A stretch of 64,000 bases of DNA, from the NCBI GenBank assembly GCA_964202905.1, contig CAXNJO010000005.1, forward strand, positions 32,001 through 96,000, written 5' to 3'. Origin of the DNA: Polyangiales bacterium (lineage in GTDB: Bacteria > Myxococcota_A > Polyangia > Polyangiales > JADJQN01). A model generated the notes under the pieces. The model saw only the letters and a list, made by a program, of their open reading frames with translations, was not told the origin of the DNA and did no database searches. The first letter of the stretch is position 1; each line of letters starts with the position of its first letter. Shown here in pieces: positions 63,745 to 64,000 of the stretch. A program made the translations under genes and the position numbers.

Positions 63745-63844
63745 GGCCGCGCAGCGCGCGCGTGCGTGAGGCCGCGCAGCGCGCGCGTGCGTGAGGCCGC
63801 TCAGCGCGCGCGTGCGTGAGGCCGCTCAGCGCGCGGGCGCGTGA
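63745..63844. repeat. 25-bp tandem repeat, 4 copies, between convergent genes
   Basis: GGCCGC(G/T)CAGCGCGCGCGTGCGTGA at 63745, 63770, 63795 and 63820 (last copy degenerate). Confidence 0.9.
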
Positions 63845-63999
63845 GACCGCGCGCCGGGCGGGTAGCTCGACATGGAGCGGTCGCGACCGCCCGCCTTCGC
63901 CGCGTAGAGCGCCTCGTCGGCGCGGCGGAGGATGTCCTCGATGGCGACGTCCTCCCGGACCGCGGCGGTGACGCCGACGCTGGCGGTGATCCGCAGCGG
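63826..63999 (-). CDS. 3' end of a GGDEF domain protein (runs off the window)
   Basis: Own translation, not in the ORF track: PLRITASVGV...ILRRADEALYAAKAGGRDR...stop. Confidence 0.88.
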   Translation of the reverse strand, partial: PLRITASVGVTAAVREDVAIEDILRRADEALYAAKAGGRDRSMSSYPPGARSHAPAR

Positions 64000-64000
64000 G

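Noticed and set aside
63745..63844. Possible CRISPR array
   Set aside because: Copies are head-to-tail with no unique spacers, and no cas genes are present.

Overview
Very GC-rich chromosomal window of about 53 protein-coding genes. The gene content points to a myxobacterium (inference from a MYXO-CTERM-type tail, Cys/Asp-rich repeat lipoproteins and DUF4388/TPR proteins). No rRNA, tRNA, CRISPR array, integrase or transposase was recognised. Housekeeping genes: secA-argJ, fabD, lolA, fur, bolA-grxD, cstA and a THUMP RNA methyltransferase. Also present are glycan genes (GT2, two GT4, FkbM, O-acyltransferase, GT-C), signalling genes (tandem cNMP-binding protein, class III cyclase, partial GGDEF, degenerate PP2C) and two ABC-2 exporter operons, one of the GldA/F/G + DUF4340 type. 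Two items stand out. (1) A consensus sigma54 promoter at 4024-4039 on the minus strand points into an almost A-free, UCGCU-repeat-rich ~390-nt region bounded by a 5' stem-loop and a terminator-like hairpin; this is a candidate unannotated regulatory RNA. (2) A tightly packed six-gene minus-strand operon encodes DUF58, transglutaminase, MoxR, a TPR-like protein, a beta-propeller/di-heme cytochrome c and an orphan MsrQ. About eight reading-frame breaks in otherwise ordinary genes suggest consensus indel errors, so 'pseudogene' readings should be treated cautiously. All family assignments come from motif recognition by eye, not database searches.
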